The notes under the pieces: model-generated | What the model saw: only the letters and a program-made list of their open reading frames with translations | What the model was told of the DNA's origin: nothing | The model's database searches: none | Assembly (NCBI GenBank): GCA_051715425.1 | Contig: JBPXJS010000011.1 | Location: 132,215 to 196,214 of the forward strand | Length of the DNA: 64,000 bases | Reading direction: 5' to 3' | Source: Bacteroidota bacterium | GTDB taxonomy: Bacteria; Bacteroidota; Bacteroidia; UKL13-3 | Shown: positions 48,539-59,619 of the stretch, piece after piece | Position numbering within the stretch: the first letter of the stretch is position 1 | Layout: every line of letters starts with the position of its first letter | Position numbers and translations under genes: made by a program

Positions 48539-49162
48539 TTATTTTCTGTGTTTTAATTTTTCTTCAAGCAGTTCTAATCCTTTTGGTGTACATACCGAGC
48601 GGAGGTGGTATTTAATCATCTCCAGGTGCAGGGTTTTAAAATCCATATCAGCCCTGTCGTAACTTTCCGGGTCGGTAATAAAACCTACCAGATACACATA
48701 CAGGCGCGAAGTCATATCGGTATCAATTTCCTTGCGGTACAATCCTTTCTTTTTACCTGCTTCTATATTTCCTTGTATGGAATTAAAAATAAACTGCCTG
48801 CGGTTGGCTTCCAGTTTATCCCAGTTGGATTTAAAATACTTTTTTAAATCGTACATGGCACTTGGGTTCAGGTTACGTATGGTATTTCCCACAAAATCTG
48901 TAATGGCAAGCATGGCACTTATGGCATCATCACTTTTCTCCATCATCTCATCACAGTTGCAGTTCATGTCGTTAATCTGCTGATCAACGCACTGATCCAC
49001 CAGGTCGTTTTTATCCTGAAAATGCTGGTAGAGTGTTTTTTTGGAAATGCCCAGCTCTCTGGAAATATCGTCCATGGTGATACTCTTGAAACCGTAACGC
49101 ATAAAGAGCATCTTGGCTTCCAGCAGTATTTTTGTTTTAATTTCCTGTTCTTTTTCCATCAT
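48539..49162 (-). CDS. TetR/AcrR family transcriptional regulator
   Basis: N-terminal HTH (FMRYGFKSITMDDISRELGISKKTLYQHF). First gene of the efflux operon. Confidence 0.85.
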   Translation of the reverse strand: MMEKEQEIKTKILLEAKMLFMRYGFKSITMDDISRELGISKKTLYQHFQDKNDLVDQCVDQQINDMNCNCDEMMEKSDDAISAMLAITDFVGNTIRNLNPSAMYDLKKYFKSNWDKLEANRRQFIFNSIQGNIEAGKKKGLYRKEIDTDMTSRLYVYLVGFITDPESYDRADMDFKTLHLEMIKYHLRSVCTPKGLELLEEKLKHRK

Positions 49163-49347
49163 TTCTGATTTTGAGGCGACAAAGGTAGAAACTATTTTCT
49201 ATTTGGAAACTATTTTTGCATCAAAAGTTTCTTGGATGTCAAAAGTTTCGGTAAATCGCCTGAACCTGTCGGTAAGCAGCTTTTTATTACGTTTGAAATT
49301 ATGGACAGAAATGCGCTAATTGCACATCGGATTGAATAACCGGTACG

Positions 49348-49977
49348 ATGCAAAAGAAGCCTTATATAGTTGGAATTACAGGAGGGAGTGCCTCGGGAAA
49401 GACAAGATTTTTAAGGGATCTGGGTGCTTTATTTTCTCAGGATGAGGTATGTATTCTCTCACAGGATAATTATTATAAAACCGCAGATAACCATGTTCGG
49501 GACGAAAACGGACATATTAACTACGATTTACCTGAATGTATTGACCTTGATGCTTTTCAGGAAGATATTACCCGGCTTTCCAAAGGTGAGGTGGTAAAAA
49601 GAAGGGAATACCGGTTTCAACATGAGGAGCAGCAAGGCATGTGGCTGGAGTTTTATCCTGCACCCATTATTATTATCGAAGGGCTTTTTATTTTTTACAG
49701 GGAAGATATTTTTAACCAGTTCGACCTGAAAATATTTATTGATGCCCAGGATGATATTAAACTGAACCGCAGAATCAGCAGGGATACGCTGGAAAGGAAT
49801 ATACCGGCAGATTTTGTTTTATACCAGTGGGAAAACCACGTAATGCCCGCATACAGGCAGTTTTTATTGCCATACCGGGAGAAGGCCGACCTGATTATTA
49901 ATAATAATGAGCACTTTAATAATAGCCTGAAAGTGATTGAAGATTATTTCAAATTCAGGCTTCATTCGGGTGTTTAA
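49348..49977 (+). CDS. udk: uridine kinase
   Basis: P-loop IVGITGGSASGKT. ~209 aa PRK/uridine kinase fold. Confidence 0.8.
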   Translation: MQKKPYIVGITGGSASGKTRFLRDLGALFSQDEVCILSQDNYYKTADNHVRDENGHINYDLPECIDLDAFQEDITRLSKGEVVKRREYRFQHEEQQGMWLEFYPAPIIIIEGLFIFYREDIFNQFDLKIFIDAQDDIKLNRRISRDTLERNIPADFVLYQWENHVMPAYRQFLLPYREKADLIINNNEHFNNSLKVIEDYFKFRLHSGV

Positions 49978-50120
49978 ATCATAATAAACTCATTATCAGT
50001 GCCGAGGCTAATAATTACTTGGCATTGCAAAATCTTACCTCATCCCTTATATTTGCCCGCTTTGTAAATTTTGAAATAGAAATATTTAAACAGCATATAG
50101 TTAATAATTAGAAATAGCAA

Positions 50121-53060
50121 ATGAAAAGTAAAGGAGCAGTAAAGTTATTCGCGATTGCATTAGCCGTTGTATCGGTGTTTCAGCTTTCGTTTACCTGGGT
50201 AACTTATCGAATTGAAAAAGAGGCAAAAGAGTTTGCCGGTGGAGATTCCGCAAAAGAAAGAGCATATCTTGACTCTATTGCCCGCGAGCCGGTTTATAAC
50301 CTGGGTTTTGCCGAGTATACTTATCTGCAATGTAAAGAACGGGAATTAAACCTGGGTCTGGATTTGCAAGGTGGTATGAACGTAACCCTGGAAGTATCTC
50401 TCGGAGATATGGTACGCGCATTGGCAAACAACAACCCTGATCCGGCTTTTAATAAAGCCATTGAGCAGGCCAATGAAAAAATGAAAAGCAGCCAGGCCGA
50501 TTTTGTAACCCTGTTTGGTGAGTCGTATAAAGAAACCGCTCCTGAAGGCCGACTGGCAGCTATTTTTGCCAATCAAACCAATAAAGACAGAATTAAAGTA
50601 AGCTCTACCAACGAAGAGGTACTTTCCTACCTGCGTCAGGAAGCCAATCAGGCAATCGATCGTTCATTTCAGATCTTACGTGCCCGTATTGATAAGTTTG
50701 GTGTAACACAACCAAATATTCAGAAACTGGAAGGCAGCGGACGTATTCTGGTGGAGTTACCGGGTGTAGATAATCCTACCCGTGTACGTAAACTCCTGCA
50801 GGGAACAGCCAAGCTCGAGTTCTGGGAAACATTTGATAATGCAGAGGCATACAAATACCTGGAAACAGCCAATCTCACCATGTCTAAATTGCAAAAGGCA
50901 GAAGGAACATCTCCAATGTCGGCTGATACCGCTGCTGCAGATACAACCGAAAGTGCGCTTGCCGGTTTAGCTTCTTCCTCAACTGCAAAACCCGACTCTA
51001 CCAAAAAAGATACAGCAGCCGCAAAAGAAAAAACATTTGAAGAATTCTCAGCAGAGAATCCACTGTTTGCTTACCTGCGCCCTTATGCCGATGAGAACAA
51101 TATGCTTGTAGCCAAAGGTTCTGCCTGCGGTATTGCCATGGTAAAAGATACAGGTAAAGTAAACGCCATTCTTAACCGTCCGGAAATTAAAGCGGCATTG
51201 CCATCAACCATTAAGTTCTTCTGGGCTTATAAAGGTTTTGGTAACAACAACGAAGCCGTAATTCTTCACGCCATTAAGGCTTCTAAAGATGGTAAGCCAG
51301 CTCTTGAAGGAGATAAAATTACAGATGCCCGCGGAGATATTTCTCAAACAGGAGAAATCGAAGTGGCCATGAATATGAATGCAGAAGGTGCACATGTATG
51401 GAAAAACCTTACCCGCCAGAATATCGGAAAAAGTGTTTCTATTGTGTTGGATGATGTAGTGTATTCTTCACCAACTGTTCAAAATGAAATTCCTAACGGA
51501 CGCTCTTCCATTACCGGAAGCTTTACCAATGAAGAAGCATCCGATTTGGCCAATATCTTAAAATCGGGAAAACTGCCTGCTCCTACACGTATTGTAGAAG
51601 AAGCTGTGGTTGGTCCCACATTGGGTCAGGAAGCCATTAATCAGGGTTTGTTATCCATGATTATTGCTACCATCGTTATTCTTATATTCATGGTTGTTTA
51701 TTACAACAACTCCGGATACATCGCTGATATAGCAGTGGTAATAAACGTATTCTTTATCATTGGTGTATTGGCCTCTCTGGGTGCGGCACTTACCTTACCT
51801 GGTATTGCAGGTATTGTGCTTACCATTGGTATGGCGGTAGATGCCAACGTACTGATTAATGAGCGTATAAAAGATGAACTGCAAAATGCAAGAAGCATTA
51901 AAAATGCAGTTTCAGACGGATACGCCCATGCCAACTCTTCCATTATAGATGCCAACTTAACTACGTTGTTAGCCGGTTTCGTACTTTATGCATTTGGAAC
52001 TGGTCCGGTACAAGGATTTGCCATTACCCTTATTATTGGTATTCTTTCTTCCATGTTTACTGCGGTATTGCTTTCAAGGGTAATGACAGAGTGGAGAATT
52101 GAAAAAGGACAAATTGTAAAATATGCCCGTTCATTCTCTGAAAAAGCTTTCCAGAATATCAGCTACGATTGGGTAGGTAAAAGAAAAATATTCTACCTCT
52201 TCTCTTCTACCATTATTGTAATAGGCTTAATCTCTATGTTTACCAAAGGATTTAGCCTTGGTGTAGATTTTAAAGGTGGTTGGACCTATGTGGTGCAGTT
52301 TGATGGCGATCAGACAAGTGATGGAATCCGCGAAAAACTTACACCAACATTTGGCACTGCACCAGAAGTGAAAACTTTTGGATCAGGTAATAAATTCAAA
52401 GTTACTACCACCTACATGATTAATGAAACATCAGAAGGTGCAAGTGATATGGTGGAAACCAAACTAAAGGAAGGTTTAGCCGGAATGGGTAATGCCCAAA
52501 TCCTGAGCTCTGCAAAAGTGGGTCCTACCATTGCAAACGATATTAAAGTGGCTTCAGTTTGGGCGGGTATTATAGCCCTTCTGGGTATCGGATTGTACAT
52601 CCTTATCCGTTTCCGCAAATGGCAGTATGCTTTAGGTGCAATTATTGCCCTGGCGCATGACGTGTTGATGATGATGAGTTTCTACTCTTTACTGGATGGT
52701 ATTTTACCATTTGCTATGGAAGTAGATCAGAACTTTATTGCTGCGGTGCTTACCATTATTGGTTTCTCCATTAATGATACCGTGGTTGTGTTCGACCGTA
52801 TCCGTGAGTTCCTAGGAACACACCACCATGAAAACAACAAGAAAATGGTTATCAATAACGCCTTGAATAATACCCTGAACAGAACAATTATTACCTCATT
52901 AACCGTATTTATGGTTACGTTGGTATTGTTCCTTTTCGGTGGTGAGGTAATTAAAGGATTTACCTTTGCCCTGTTGGTAGGTATAGTATTTGGTACATAC
53001 TCATCAATAGCAATTGCAACTCCAATTGTAATTGACTTTGATAAAAAGAACAAAGAGTAA
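50121..53060 (+). CDS. secDF: protein translocase subunit SecDF (fused)
   Basis: 979 aa. SecD periplasmic domain plus two 6-TM SecD/SecF bundles. Confidence 0.9.
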   Translation: MKSKGAVKLFAIALAVVSVFQLSFTWVTYRIEKEAKEFAGGDSAKERAYLDSIAREPVYNLGFAEYTYLQCKERELNLGLDLQGGMNVTLEVSLGDMVRALANNNPDPAFNKAIEQANEKMKSSQADFVTLFGESYKETAPEGRLAAIFANQTNKDRIKVSSTNEEVLSYLRQEANQAIDRSFQILRARIDKFGVTQPNIQKLEGSGRILVELPGVDNPTRVRKLLQGTAKLEFWETFDNAEAYKYLETANLTMSKLQKAEGTSPMSADTAAADTTESALAGLASSSTAKPDSTKKDTAAAKEKTFEEFSAENPLFAYLRPYADENNMLVAKGSACGIAMVKDTGKVNAILNRPEIKAALPSTIKFFWAYKGFGNNNEAVILHAIKASKDGKPALEGDKITDARGDISQTGEIEVAMNMNAEGAHVWKNLTRQNIGKSVSIVLDDVVYSSPTVQNEIPNGRSSITGSFTNEEASDLANILKSGKLPAPTRIVEEAVVGPTLGQEAINQGLLSMIIATIVILIFMVVYYNNSGYIADIAVVINVFFIIGVLASLGAALTLPGIAGIVLTIGMAVDANVLINERIKDELQNARSIKNAVSDGYAHANSSIIDANLTTLLAGFVLYAFGTGPVQGFAITLIIGILSSMFTAVLLSRVMTEWRIEKGQIVKYARSFSEKAFQNISYDWVGKRKIFYLFSSTIIVIGLISMFTKGFSLGVDFKGGWTYVVQFDGDQTSDGIREKLTPTFGTAPEVKTFGSGNKFKVTTTYMINETSEGASDMVETKLKEGLAGMGNAQILSSAKVGPTIANDIKVASVWAGIIALLGIGLYILIRFRKWQYALGAIIALAHDVLMMMSFYSLLDGILPFAMEVDQNFIAAVLTIIGFSINDTVVVFDRIREFLGTHHHENNKKMVINNALNNTLNRTIITSLTVFMVTLVLFLFGGEVIKGFTFALLVGIVFGTYSSIAIATPIVIDFDKKNKE

Positions 53061-53080
53061 GTAATTACAGGCAATATATT

Positions 53081-53118
53081 CAACAAAGGCTGCTCTCAGG
53101 GCAGCCTTTGTTGTTTCC
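53081..53118 (+). terminator. hairpin terminator after secDF
   Basis: 13-bp stem caacaaaggctgc/gcagcctttgttg with loop tctcagg. Weak U-tract. Confidence 0.55.
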
Positions 53119-53191
53119 ACAGGTGTGCAGAACTATTTAAAAATTCGTTCTGTATCTGCTCTAATCTTGAAATACTTATAATCAAGTATCT

Positions 53192-53866
53192 ATGACCAAT
53201 ATGCTATTACAGGCAACCGTGCAGGTTGTACCATCAGATCAGGAAGGACTTTCGGTATTAGGATTAATTTTAAAGGGGGGCCTTATTATGGTGCCTATTC
53301 TGCTTTTGTCGTTAATCTCCGTTTTTCTCATGATTGAAAGGAGCTTGTTTATCAGCAAGGCCAGTAAAATAGATGCCAACCTGGTAAACAATGTGAAAGA
53401 TTTGTTGCATAAAGAAGACATTAAAGGGGCACTTACCTATTGCGAGCGCATTGGTTCTCCTTTTGCCACCATCGTTCATAAAGGCTTATCCCGCCTTGGT
53501 TCTCCAATACGAGATATAGAAAGCGCTATAGAAAATACGGCAAGGGTAGAGGTTTATAAAATGGAAAAAAATGTGAACCTGCTGGCTGCTATTGCCGCGC
53601 TGGCTCCAATGTTTGGCTTCTTGGGTACCGTTATCGGAATGATACGTGCTTTCTACGATATTTCTCTTGCTGATAATATCAGTATCGGTGTTATTTCAAG
53701 CGGTATTTATGTAAAGATGATTACTTCTGCTGCCGGACTTATTGTTGGTGTGGTGGCATACATTTTTTATACTTACCTCAACACAAGAATTGAACGGGTG
53801 GTAAATAAAATGGAAGTAACCGCTATTGAGTTTATGGATATTCTATATAAACCGGTTGTAAAATGA
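53192..53866 (+). CDS. MotA/TolQ/ExbB proton-channel family protein
   Basis: 224 aa, 3 TM helices and a conserved C-terminal TM pair. Confidence 0.8.
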   Translation: MTNMLLQATVQVVPSDQEGLSVLGLILKGGLIMVPILLLSLISVFLMIERSLFISKASKIDANLVNNVKDLLHKEDIKGALTYCERIGSPFATIVHKGLSRLGSPIRDIESAIENTARVEVYKMEKNVNLLAAIAALAPMFGFLGTVIGMIRAFYDISLADNISIGVISSGIYVKMITSAAGLIVGVVAYIFYTYLNTRIERVVNKMEVTAIEFMDILYKPVVK

Positions 53867-54270
53867 ATTTCAGAAAAAAGAAATATGTTCATGCAGAAGT
53901 TCAGGCAGGAGCCTTATCGGATATCCTGTTTTTTCTCATGCTGTTCTTTCTGATTATCTCTACGCTGGCAAGCCCAAATGCCATTAAGCTGCTATTGCCT
54001 AAAGCACAAACTGGTAAATCAATACCTAATCAGGTAATCAATGTTTCTGTTTCGGCCGACCTGAAATATTATATTGATAAGGGTGAAGTAACACTGGGAC
54101 AACTGGAAACATCTATTCTTTCCAAAGCATCCACACTCCAAAATCCTTCTATTGTATTGCGCATGGATAAAAGCATTTCAGTAGAAAGTATGGTTTATGT
54201 GATTGATGTGCTCAACAGGGCTAAAGTGCCTGTTGTAATTGCAGTTGATAAACCATCGGCAGGCCAATAA
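53863..54270 (+). CDS. ExbD/TolR biopolymer transport protein
   Basis: 135 aa, single N-terminal TM. ATGA overlap with the upstream gene. Confidence 0.8.
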   Translation: MNFRKKKYVHAEVQAGALSDILFFLMLFFLIISTLASPNAIKLLLPKAQTGKSIPNQVINVSVSADLKYYIDKGEVTLGQLETSILSKASTLQNPSIVLRMDKSISVESMVYVIDVLNRAKVPVVIAVDKPSAGQ

Positions 54271-54373
54271 TCCGGCTGTTCTAAAAGTTGTACAATCTGA
54301 TTTCATTCTTAATAAGTAAACCTTTTACAACATGAGGCAGTTGCTGAAATTTGTCAGCTAAACAAGTCGTGTT

Positions 54374-55357
54374 ATGAGAAGATATATTTATGCCATATTG
54401 GTGGTTTTAATGGCAAGTGCCAATGCCTTTGCGCAGTTGGATCCGAAATCGCCTTATGATGAACCGAAAAGTTTTTCAGAGAAATCATACAATTTCTTTT
54501 TATCAAAAAGGCTGAAAAGATCCATCCATCAGCGCGACTCTCTCAACGATCTGGTAATTGCTTTTAATAAAGATACAGCTGAAAGAGGCCGCAATTACAG
54601 GTATCTCGATTCCCTCTTCAGGGCCTTAACATCGAAGTTTAACGAATGCACGGAAAAAAATAATGCATTAAAAGGCCAGTATGCCGAGCTGAATGCACGC
54701 TATAATGAGTTAATGAAAAAGAGCCTCACCGAGGCAGAACGGTTGAACAATGCACTGAAAATAAAATCGGAAGAATTAACGGCAAAATCAGAAGAACTCG
54801 ATAAACAAAGCAAGTTGCTGGAAGAAAGGGAAAGAAGGCTGGCAGAACTCGAAGCAACCCTGCGTGCCAAAGATTCCATTACCAATGCTATAAATGATCT
54901 GGTGAAAAAAGCGCTTTTGGGCTTTAATTCAGATGAAATTTCTGTTGAAATGAAAAACGGAAAAGTATATGTTTCCTTAAGCGATAAACTATTGTTTAAA
55001 TCAGGAAGTGCGGATGTGGAAGACAAAGGAAAACAGGCTTTGAAAAAACTATCAGAGGTGCTTAATAAAAACGGAGAAATTGATGTGGAGATTGAAGGGC
55101 ATACGGATAATGTTCCCATTAAAACAGCCAGGTACGAAGATAACTGGGATCTGAGTGTGCACAGGGCCACCAATATTGTGAGGATTCTGGAACAGGAATA
55201 CCATGTAAATGCAAAACGATTAACTGCTGCCGGAAAAGGAGAGTTTGTGCCTAAAGCAAGTAATGAAACAGCTGAAGGACGCGCCAAAAACCGCAGAACG
55301 GAAATTGTATTGTCGCCTAAGCTGGATGAATTGTTTAAGCTTATTAATAAAAGATAA
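54374..55357 (+). CDS. OmpA-family protein with N-terminal coiled-coil
   Basis: Signal peptide, long coiled-coil, C-terminal OmpA/MotB peptidoglycan-binding domain (GHTDN...NRRTEIVL). Confidence 0.75.
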   Translation: MRRYIYAILVVLMASANAFAQLDPKSPYDEPKSFSEKSYNFFLSKRLKRSIHQRDSLNDLVIAFNKDTAERGRNYRYLDSLFRALTSKFNECTEKNNALKGQYAELNARYNELMKKSLTEAERLNNALKIKSEELTAKSEELDKQSKLLEERERRLAELEATLRAKDSITNAINDLVKKALLGFNSDEISVEMKNGKVYVSLSDKLLFKSGSADVEDKGKQALKKLSEVLNKNGEIDVEIEGHTDNVPIKTARYEDNWDLSVHRATNIVRILEQEYHVNAKRLTAAGKGEFVPKASNETAEGRAKNRRTEIVLSPKLDELFKLINKR

Positions 55358-55375
55358 TATACAAGGAATTGGCAA

Positions 55376-55410
55376 AAGAAAAGGGAACCTGTATATGGTT
55401 CCCTTTTTTG
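55376..55410. terminator. bidirectional terminator
   Basis: aagggaacc-tgtatat-ggttccctt-ttttg between convergent genes. Confidence 0.7.
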
Positions 55411-55456
55411 TAATCATCAAACGTAATCCCTTAATTTATTACATATACATGAATGC

Positions 55457-55855
55457 TTACTTATGATCCTTGCTGATAATGGCAATCAGCTTATCTATCA
55501 GATCAAGAATATGTTTGTTTTGCTCCCTGGTTACCTCCATGGATTTGGTATGTTTTTTCTCAAAATCGTTTAATAACTTAAAAAATAGCTCAGAGTCTAT
55601 ATGATAAACTCCGCGATCGTTGGGGTCAATCATGTCTTCATAAACAGTTCCCCTCAATACGGAGTTCAGGTTTGTTTTATAAGTCTTGCACAGGTTTTGA
55701 AGATTGGATAAGTTGGGAACAGCTATATCGGCCTCCCATTTGCTTAAAGTGGGCTGGCTTACATCGAGCGCTATCACTGCAGTTTGCTGACTAAAATTGG
55801 CTATTTCGCGCGCATGTTTTAGTTTTTCTCCTAATGTTTTATAAGTTGGTTTCAC
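55457..55855 (-). CDS. XRE-family helix-turn-helix transcriptional regulator
   Basis: N-terminal HTH_XRE (LGEKLKHAREIANFSQQTAVIALDVSQPTLSKWE). Confidence 0.7.
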   Translation of the reverse strand: MKPTYKTLGEKLKHAREIANFSQQTAVIALDVSQPTLSKWEADIAVPNLSNLQNLCKTYKTNLNSVLRGTVYEDMIDPNDRGVYHIDSELFFKLLNDFEKKHTKSMEVTREQNKHILDLIDKLIAIISKDHK

Positions 55856-56201
55856 GGGATTTATTTTTATGTTAAACTGTAACCTGATACATTCTCCCCC
55901 CAGGGGAATTGGGGGTTTTCTTTCTTTGGTTGGTTATTGGTGGTTTTCTAAACTTTTTGCTTTCCACAAATTAATCTTAAAATACTCATGTATTTGTCAA
56001 TTATGCTTAAAGTAATAACAACCAAAAAAAGCGAATAATGAAGGTTTAAGTTGCTTGCCCTCAGTGTTAAAGCCCGAATAAATGGGTGAGAAGGGGTAGG
56101 ATTAATGCATAAAATATAGTTAAATGCCTTAAAAAGGGGAGCCAAAGCAACATTTGGAGCCCTGGTTTTTAATATGCCTCCATTCGTTTATTTTTGCTGG
56201 T

Positions 56202-57440
56202 ATGAATACCACTATGCCACTATCAAAAACACAATACTTTATCGACCTTGAAGACCAGTTTGGAGCTCATAATTATCATCCGCTTCCGGTGGTGCTCGAT
56301 AGGGCAGAAGGCATATACATGTGGGATGTGGAGGGAAAACAATACGTTGACTTTTTATCGGCATACAGCGCGGTAAACCAGGGGCACTGCCACCCACGTA
56401 TTGTGAGCGCCCTTACCCGCCAGGCTCAAAAACTTACCTTAACCAGCCGTGCTTTTCACAACAACCTGCTGGGCGAGTACGAACATTACATCACCAGTTA
56501 TTTTGGCTATGATAAGGTGTTGCCCATGAATACGGGGGTTGAAGGAGGGGAAACCGCAATAAAACTGGCAAGGCGCTGGGGTTACATGGTAAAAGGAATT
56601 CCGGAAAACGAGGCCGAAGTGGTATTTGTGGAGGGTAATTTCTGGGGGCGTACGATGGCAGCTATTTCATCATCAACAGATCCCAGTAGTTTCAAAGGTT
56701 TTGGGCCATTTATGCCAGGGTTTAAACTGGTTCCTTATAATTCTCTGGAGGCTATAGAAACATTGTTTAAGGCCAATAGAAATATAGCTGCATTTATGTT
56801 TGAGCCCGTGCAGGGTGAAGCCGGTGTGGTTATTCCTGATGAGGGTTATCTCAAAGGGGTGAGGGCACTTTGTGATCAGTATAATGTGCTGATGATAGCA
56901 GATGAGGTACAAACAGGTTTATGCCGTACCGGAAAAATGCTGGCCTGCGATCATGAGTCGGTAAGGCCCGATTTGCTTATTCTGGGAAAAGCCCTTTCGG
57001 GGGGTATATTGCCTGTATCGGCAGTTTTGGCTGATAATGAAGTAATGTTAACCATAAAACCCGGAGAACATGGCTCAACTTACGGAGGAAATCCGTTGGC
57101 ATGCGCTGTGGCTATGGAAGCTTTGGCTGTATTAAAGGATGAAAACCTGGCTGAAAATGCGGAGGCTATGGGCAAAATTTTCAGAAGCAGAATGAATGCC
57201 ATAAACTCTCCACTAATTACAGAGGTGCGTGGCAAGGGCTTATTAAATGCTATTGTTATCAAACCTTTTGGAGATGGCAAGACAGCTTATGATGTTTGTT
57301 TGGCATTGAAGGAACAAGGGCTGCTGGCAAAACAAACACATGGTGATATTATCCGTTTTGCGCCTCCACTTGTTATCACTGCAGATCAGATGCATGAGGC
57401 CTGTGATATTATTGAGCGTACAATCAAATCACTGGTGTAA
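56202..57440 (+). CDS. rocD: ornithine--oxo-acid aminotransferase
   Basis: Class-III aminotransferase with OAT-specific motifs ([34 protein letters not shown]-binding Lys context). Start chosen at the internal Met; the ORF-track start is 56154. Confidence 0.8.
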   Translation: MNTTMPLSKTQYFIDLEDQFGAHNYHPLPVVLDRAEGIYMWDVEGKQYVDFLSAYSAVNQGHCHPRIVSALTRQAQKLTLTSRAFHNNLLGEYEHYITSYFGYDKVLPMNTGVEGGETAIKLARRWGYMVKGIPENEAEVVFVEGNFWGRTMAAISSSTDPSSFKGFGPFMPGFKLVPYNSLEAIETLFKANRNIAAFMFEPVQGEAGVVIPDEGYLKGVRALCDQYNVLMIADEVQTGLCRTGKMLACDHESVRPDLLILGKALSGGILPVSAVLADNEVMLTIKPGEHGSTYGGNPLACAVAMEALAVLKDENLAENAEAMGKIFRSRMNAINSPLITEVRGKGLLNAIVIKPFGDGKTAYDVCLALKEQGLLAKQTHGDIIRFAPPLVITADQMHEACDIIERTIKSLV

Positions 57441-57463
57441 ACGTTATTATAAAAAGAACGATA

Positions 57464-57487
57464 AGCCGGTTCAGCCGGCTTTTTTTG
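57464..57487 (+). terminator. rho-independent terminator after rocD
   Basis: agccgg-ttcag-ccggct-ttttttt. Confidence 0.6.
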
Positions 57488-57496
57488 TCAAAAATC

Positions 57497-58864
57497 ATGA
57501 TACCATACCAATCCGTTAATCCATATACAGAAGAGGTTTTTGCTTCATTTGAAACAGACAGCTCAGAAGCCCTTTTTAACAAGCTAAGCCTTGCGCACAA
57601 GCAATTTCCTGTCTGGAAAAACCTGACATTTTCAACCAGAGGAGATTTAATGAAACGCCTTGCAGGATTAATCAGTTCACATGCGGATTCACTTGCTGAA
57701 ATGGCCAGTATGGAAATGGGAAAACCCCTCCATGAAGCAAAACACGAAGTACTTAAATGTTTAACAGCTTGTGATTATTATGCATCAGAAGCAGGCCGCA
57801 TTCTTGAACCTCTGCTCACCCGCCTGGATGACGGACGCTCAGTGGAACAAAGGCACGAACCATTGGGAGTGATTATGGGTGTTTTTCCCTGGAATTTTCC
57901 TTACTGGCAGATCATCCGCAGTGCAGTACCCGTGCTTATGGCCGGCAATACCATGCTTGTAAAACCAGCCCCCAATGTGCCTCAGTGTGCGTTATTGTTA
58001 TTAAAGCTATTTGCTGAAGCCGGTTTTCCCGATGGTGTTATTCAAGGCATTTTTGCAGATGATAAGCAGGTTGCAACACTTATTGCAGACGACCGGGTAA
58101 AAGCCTGCACCCTTACTGGTAGCGAAAAAGCAGGTTCTGCCGTGGCTTCCCAGGCGGCAAAGTTTATTAAAAAAGCGGTATTGGAACTTGGCGGCAGTGA
58201 TCCGTTTCTGGTATTAGCAGATGCAGATTTGGACGCAGCAGTGAAGGTGGCTATTACTTCCAGGTTTCAAAACAACGGACAAAGTTGTATCAGTGCCAAA
58301 CGCTTTATTGTTCACCAGGAGATTGCAAACACCTTTGCTCAGAAATTAACTCATGCTGTTGCCGGCTTAAAGTTGGGTAATCCGCTTCATCCAGATACCC
58401 ATATTGGTCCGTTGGCCAGAAAAGACCTGAAAGAAAAACTCTCCAATCAGGTAAATAACGCATTGGAACATGGTGCAGCAATCATGTGGCAACAAGATGC
58501 CGTGCCTGATAAAGGATACTTTTTCCCCCCAACTATTTTAGGTGGAGTTACACCGGAAATGAGTGCATTTACGGAGGAGTTATTTGGGCCGGTTATCAGT
58601 TTTTATATATGTAAAAATGAAGAAGAGATGATCACACTTGCCAATGCTACCTCATTTGGTTTAGGGGGATCGGTATGGAGTTCGGGTATAGAAAAGGCTA
58701 AAAATATAGCTGCTCAGATAGAATCGGGTCAGGTTTTTATCAATAACCTGGTGCGTTCGGATACTCGTTTTCCCTTTGGAGGCGTTAAGAAATCAGGTTT
58801 TGGAAGAGAACTGGGGGAGCAGGGAATTAAAGAGTTTACATATCTTAAAACTGTTTGGTGGTAA
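57497..58864 (+). CDS. NAD(P)-dependent aldehyde dehydrogenase family (succinate-semialdehyde-dehydrogenase-like)
   Basis: ALDH catalytic motifs (ELGGSDP, GQSCISAKR). ATG at 57497. The ORF-track start at 57485 is a TTG inside the terminator. Confidence 0.75.
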   Translation: MIPYQSVNPYTEEVFASFETDSSEALFNKLSLAHKQFPVWKNLTFSTRGDLMKRLAGLISSHADSLAEMASMEMGKPLHEAKHEVLKCLTACDYYASEAGRILEPLLTRLDDGRSVEQRHEPLGVIMGVFPWNFPYWQIIRSAVPVLMAGNTMLVKPAPNVPQCALLLLKLFAEAGFPDGVIQGIFADDKQVATLIADDRVKACTLTGSEKAGSAVASQAAKFIKKAVLELGGSDPFLVLADADLDAAVKVAITSRFQNNGQSCISAKRFIVHQEIANTFAQKLTHAVAGLKLGNPLHPDTHIGPLARKDLKEKLSNQVNNALEHGAAIMWQQDAVPDKGYFFPPTILGGVTPEMSAFTEELFGPVISFYICKNEEEMITLANATSFGLGGSVWSSGIEKAKNIAAQIESGQVFINNLVRSDTRFPFGGVKKSGFGRELGEQGIKEFTYLKTVWW

Positions 58865-58890
58865 CAATAATTATTAGTTGATTTGAGTAT

Positions 58891-59271
58891 ATGGATATTC
58901 CTAAAAAGATATTGCTTGTAGAGGATGATGCGGTTGGCCGTAAGCTGATATCTATTTACCTGAGGGGTATCTGTGATGTTGATTTTGCAGATGACCTGGA
59001 GCAGGGAATTGAAAAACTTTCGGAGCATGATTACGATATGGTAATTACCGATATGAACCTGGGGATGGAAATTAATAACAGTGATGGAATGAAACTGTTA
59101 AAATATGTAAGAAATAAACCAGGTATGGAAAAAAAACCGGTGGTGGGCATCACAGCTCATATGATCATGGCCGATCTTGATTACTACCGGGAGCTGGGGT
59201 TTAATGATTTTATGAAAAAACCCATTTTTAAGCAGGAGTTTATTCATCAGGTAAAAGAGTTGCTGGTTTAA
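58891..59271 (+). CDS. stand-alone response-regulator receiver domain protein
   Basis: CheY-like REC domain (LLVEDD...VITDMNLG...K). Confidence 0.75.
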   Translation: MDIPKKILLVEDDAVGRKLISIYLRGICDVDFADDLEQGIEKLSEHDYDMVITDMNLGMEINNSDGMKLLKYVRNKPGMEKKPVVGITAHMIMADLDYYRELGFNDFMKKPIFKQEFIHQVKELLV

Positions 59272-59618
59272 AATACCACTTCAATCAGGCTCTTGTTATA
59301 CCAAAGGTCGAGATAAAACAAAAACAATACGAAAATCAGAATCACAAAAGCAAGGAGGGTACCTGTAATTTTTCCTGCTGCATTTTTTCCTGCATTAAAA
59401 TAACGTTTGGTTACTTTCTCACTAAAATCATCGAGCCAGTTATATGCCGGATATAAAACAAATACCATAATTACCATTCCCAGAAGCGTGGCTTTTGCCG
59501 GATGCATGGTGTATTTATACCTGAGCAACCAGTTGGTAATTTTATCGGTAAGCAGGTTTACTATAAGAATAGAGACAATAAAAATGAGCAGGTTTACAAA
59601 CTTCCTGTATGTAAACAT
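59268..59618 (-). CDS. hypothetical small membrane protein
   Basis: 116 aa, 3 TM helices. Confidence 0.45.
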   Translation of the reverse strand: MFTYRKFVNLLIFIVSILIVNLLTDKITNWLLRYKYTMHPAKATLLGMVIMVFVLYPAYNWLDDFSEKVTKRYFNAGKNAAGKITGTLLAFVILIFVLFLFYLDLWYNKSLIEVVF

Positions 59619-59619
59619 A

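Noticed and set aside
54700-55287. 195-aa minus-strand ORF antisense to the OmpA-family gene
   Set aside because: A Ser/Leu-rich low-complexity translation opposite a strongly supported CDS.
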